IMG/VR virus record: IMGVR_UViG_3300003465_000007
Coordinates: 1 to 55,595 of that record
Reading direction: 5' to 3' (one strand)
Source of the DNA: a virus
Taxonomy: Duplodnaviria > Caudoviricetes
Length of the DNA: 55,595 bases
Positions 55,407 to 55,595 of this stretch are shown here, piece by piece. Made by a program: the position numbers and the translations under genes. The notes under the pieces are model-generated. The model was not told where the DNA came from and did no database searches. It saw nothing but the letters and a program-made list of their open reading frames with translations. Every line of letters starts with the position of its first letter. Position 1 is the stretch's first letter.

Positions 55407-55595
55407 CAGCGCGGCACCTCGTGATCCCCACCGCGCGCCCCGCGCAGCACCAACTTGCGGTTGCGCCGGTCGATATGAGCGGCCATGTGCTCTAGGGCTA
55501 CCGTGGCAGACGGGTTGTGGTAGATCGTGCTGACCACGCTGGCCGAGCCGTACGCCCGCACGCTGGCCGAGCCGTACGCCCGCACGCTGGCCGAG
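55406..55595 (-). CDS. Junction-spanning phage protein, C-terminal part
   Basis: Repeat continues in frame to ...ASVVSTIYHN...EVPR stop at 55406. Confidence 0.85.
   Translation of the reverse strand, partial: SASVRAYGSASVRAYGSASVVSTIYHNPSATVALEHMAAHIDRRNRKLVLRGARGGDHEVPR

Noticed and set aside
1-55595. tRNA/tmRNA genes or alternative genetic code
   Set aside because: No cloverleaf recognised by eye; core genes are intact in the standard code

Overview
The window appears to be a complete, circular, high-GC temperate tailed (siphovirus-type) phage genome. Bases 1-52 equal bases 55544-55595, the break falls inside a 24-bp coding tandem repeat, and one gene runs across the junction. The host is probably Chloroflexota, inferred only from protein styles. 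Nearly all genes are on the minus strand: early genes from a Cro-like gene at 4062 wrapping through the junction, replication/recombination, a DNA-modification cluster (three methyltransferases, a DpdA-like transglycosylase, a YhhQ/VUT transporter), an accessory cassette with a probable Crn4-like ring nuclease, then terminases, Mu-like head genes, tail and lysis. The plus strand carries repressor, tyrosine integrase, a secreted Cys-repeat protein, a small moron and antisense HNH genes. Main finding: three copies of a cis-element sit at the heads of the packaging, capsid and lysis modules. Each has a -10-like hexamer, exactly 13 nt, a covarying 27-nt hairpin, and an intrinsic terminator whose 5' arm overlaps that hairpin. 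This suggests an RNA-hairpin antitermination switch for late genes, with an adjacent 86-aa protein as candidate trans factor. Second finding: antisense HNH endonucleases inserted into structural-gene termini carry recoded replacements of the ends they disrupt. All family assignments are by-eye motif recognition; no searches were run. Several start codons were adjusted from the supplied ORF track.
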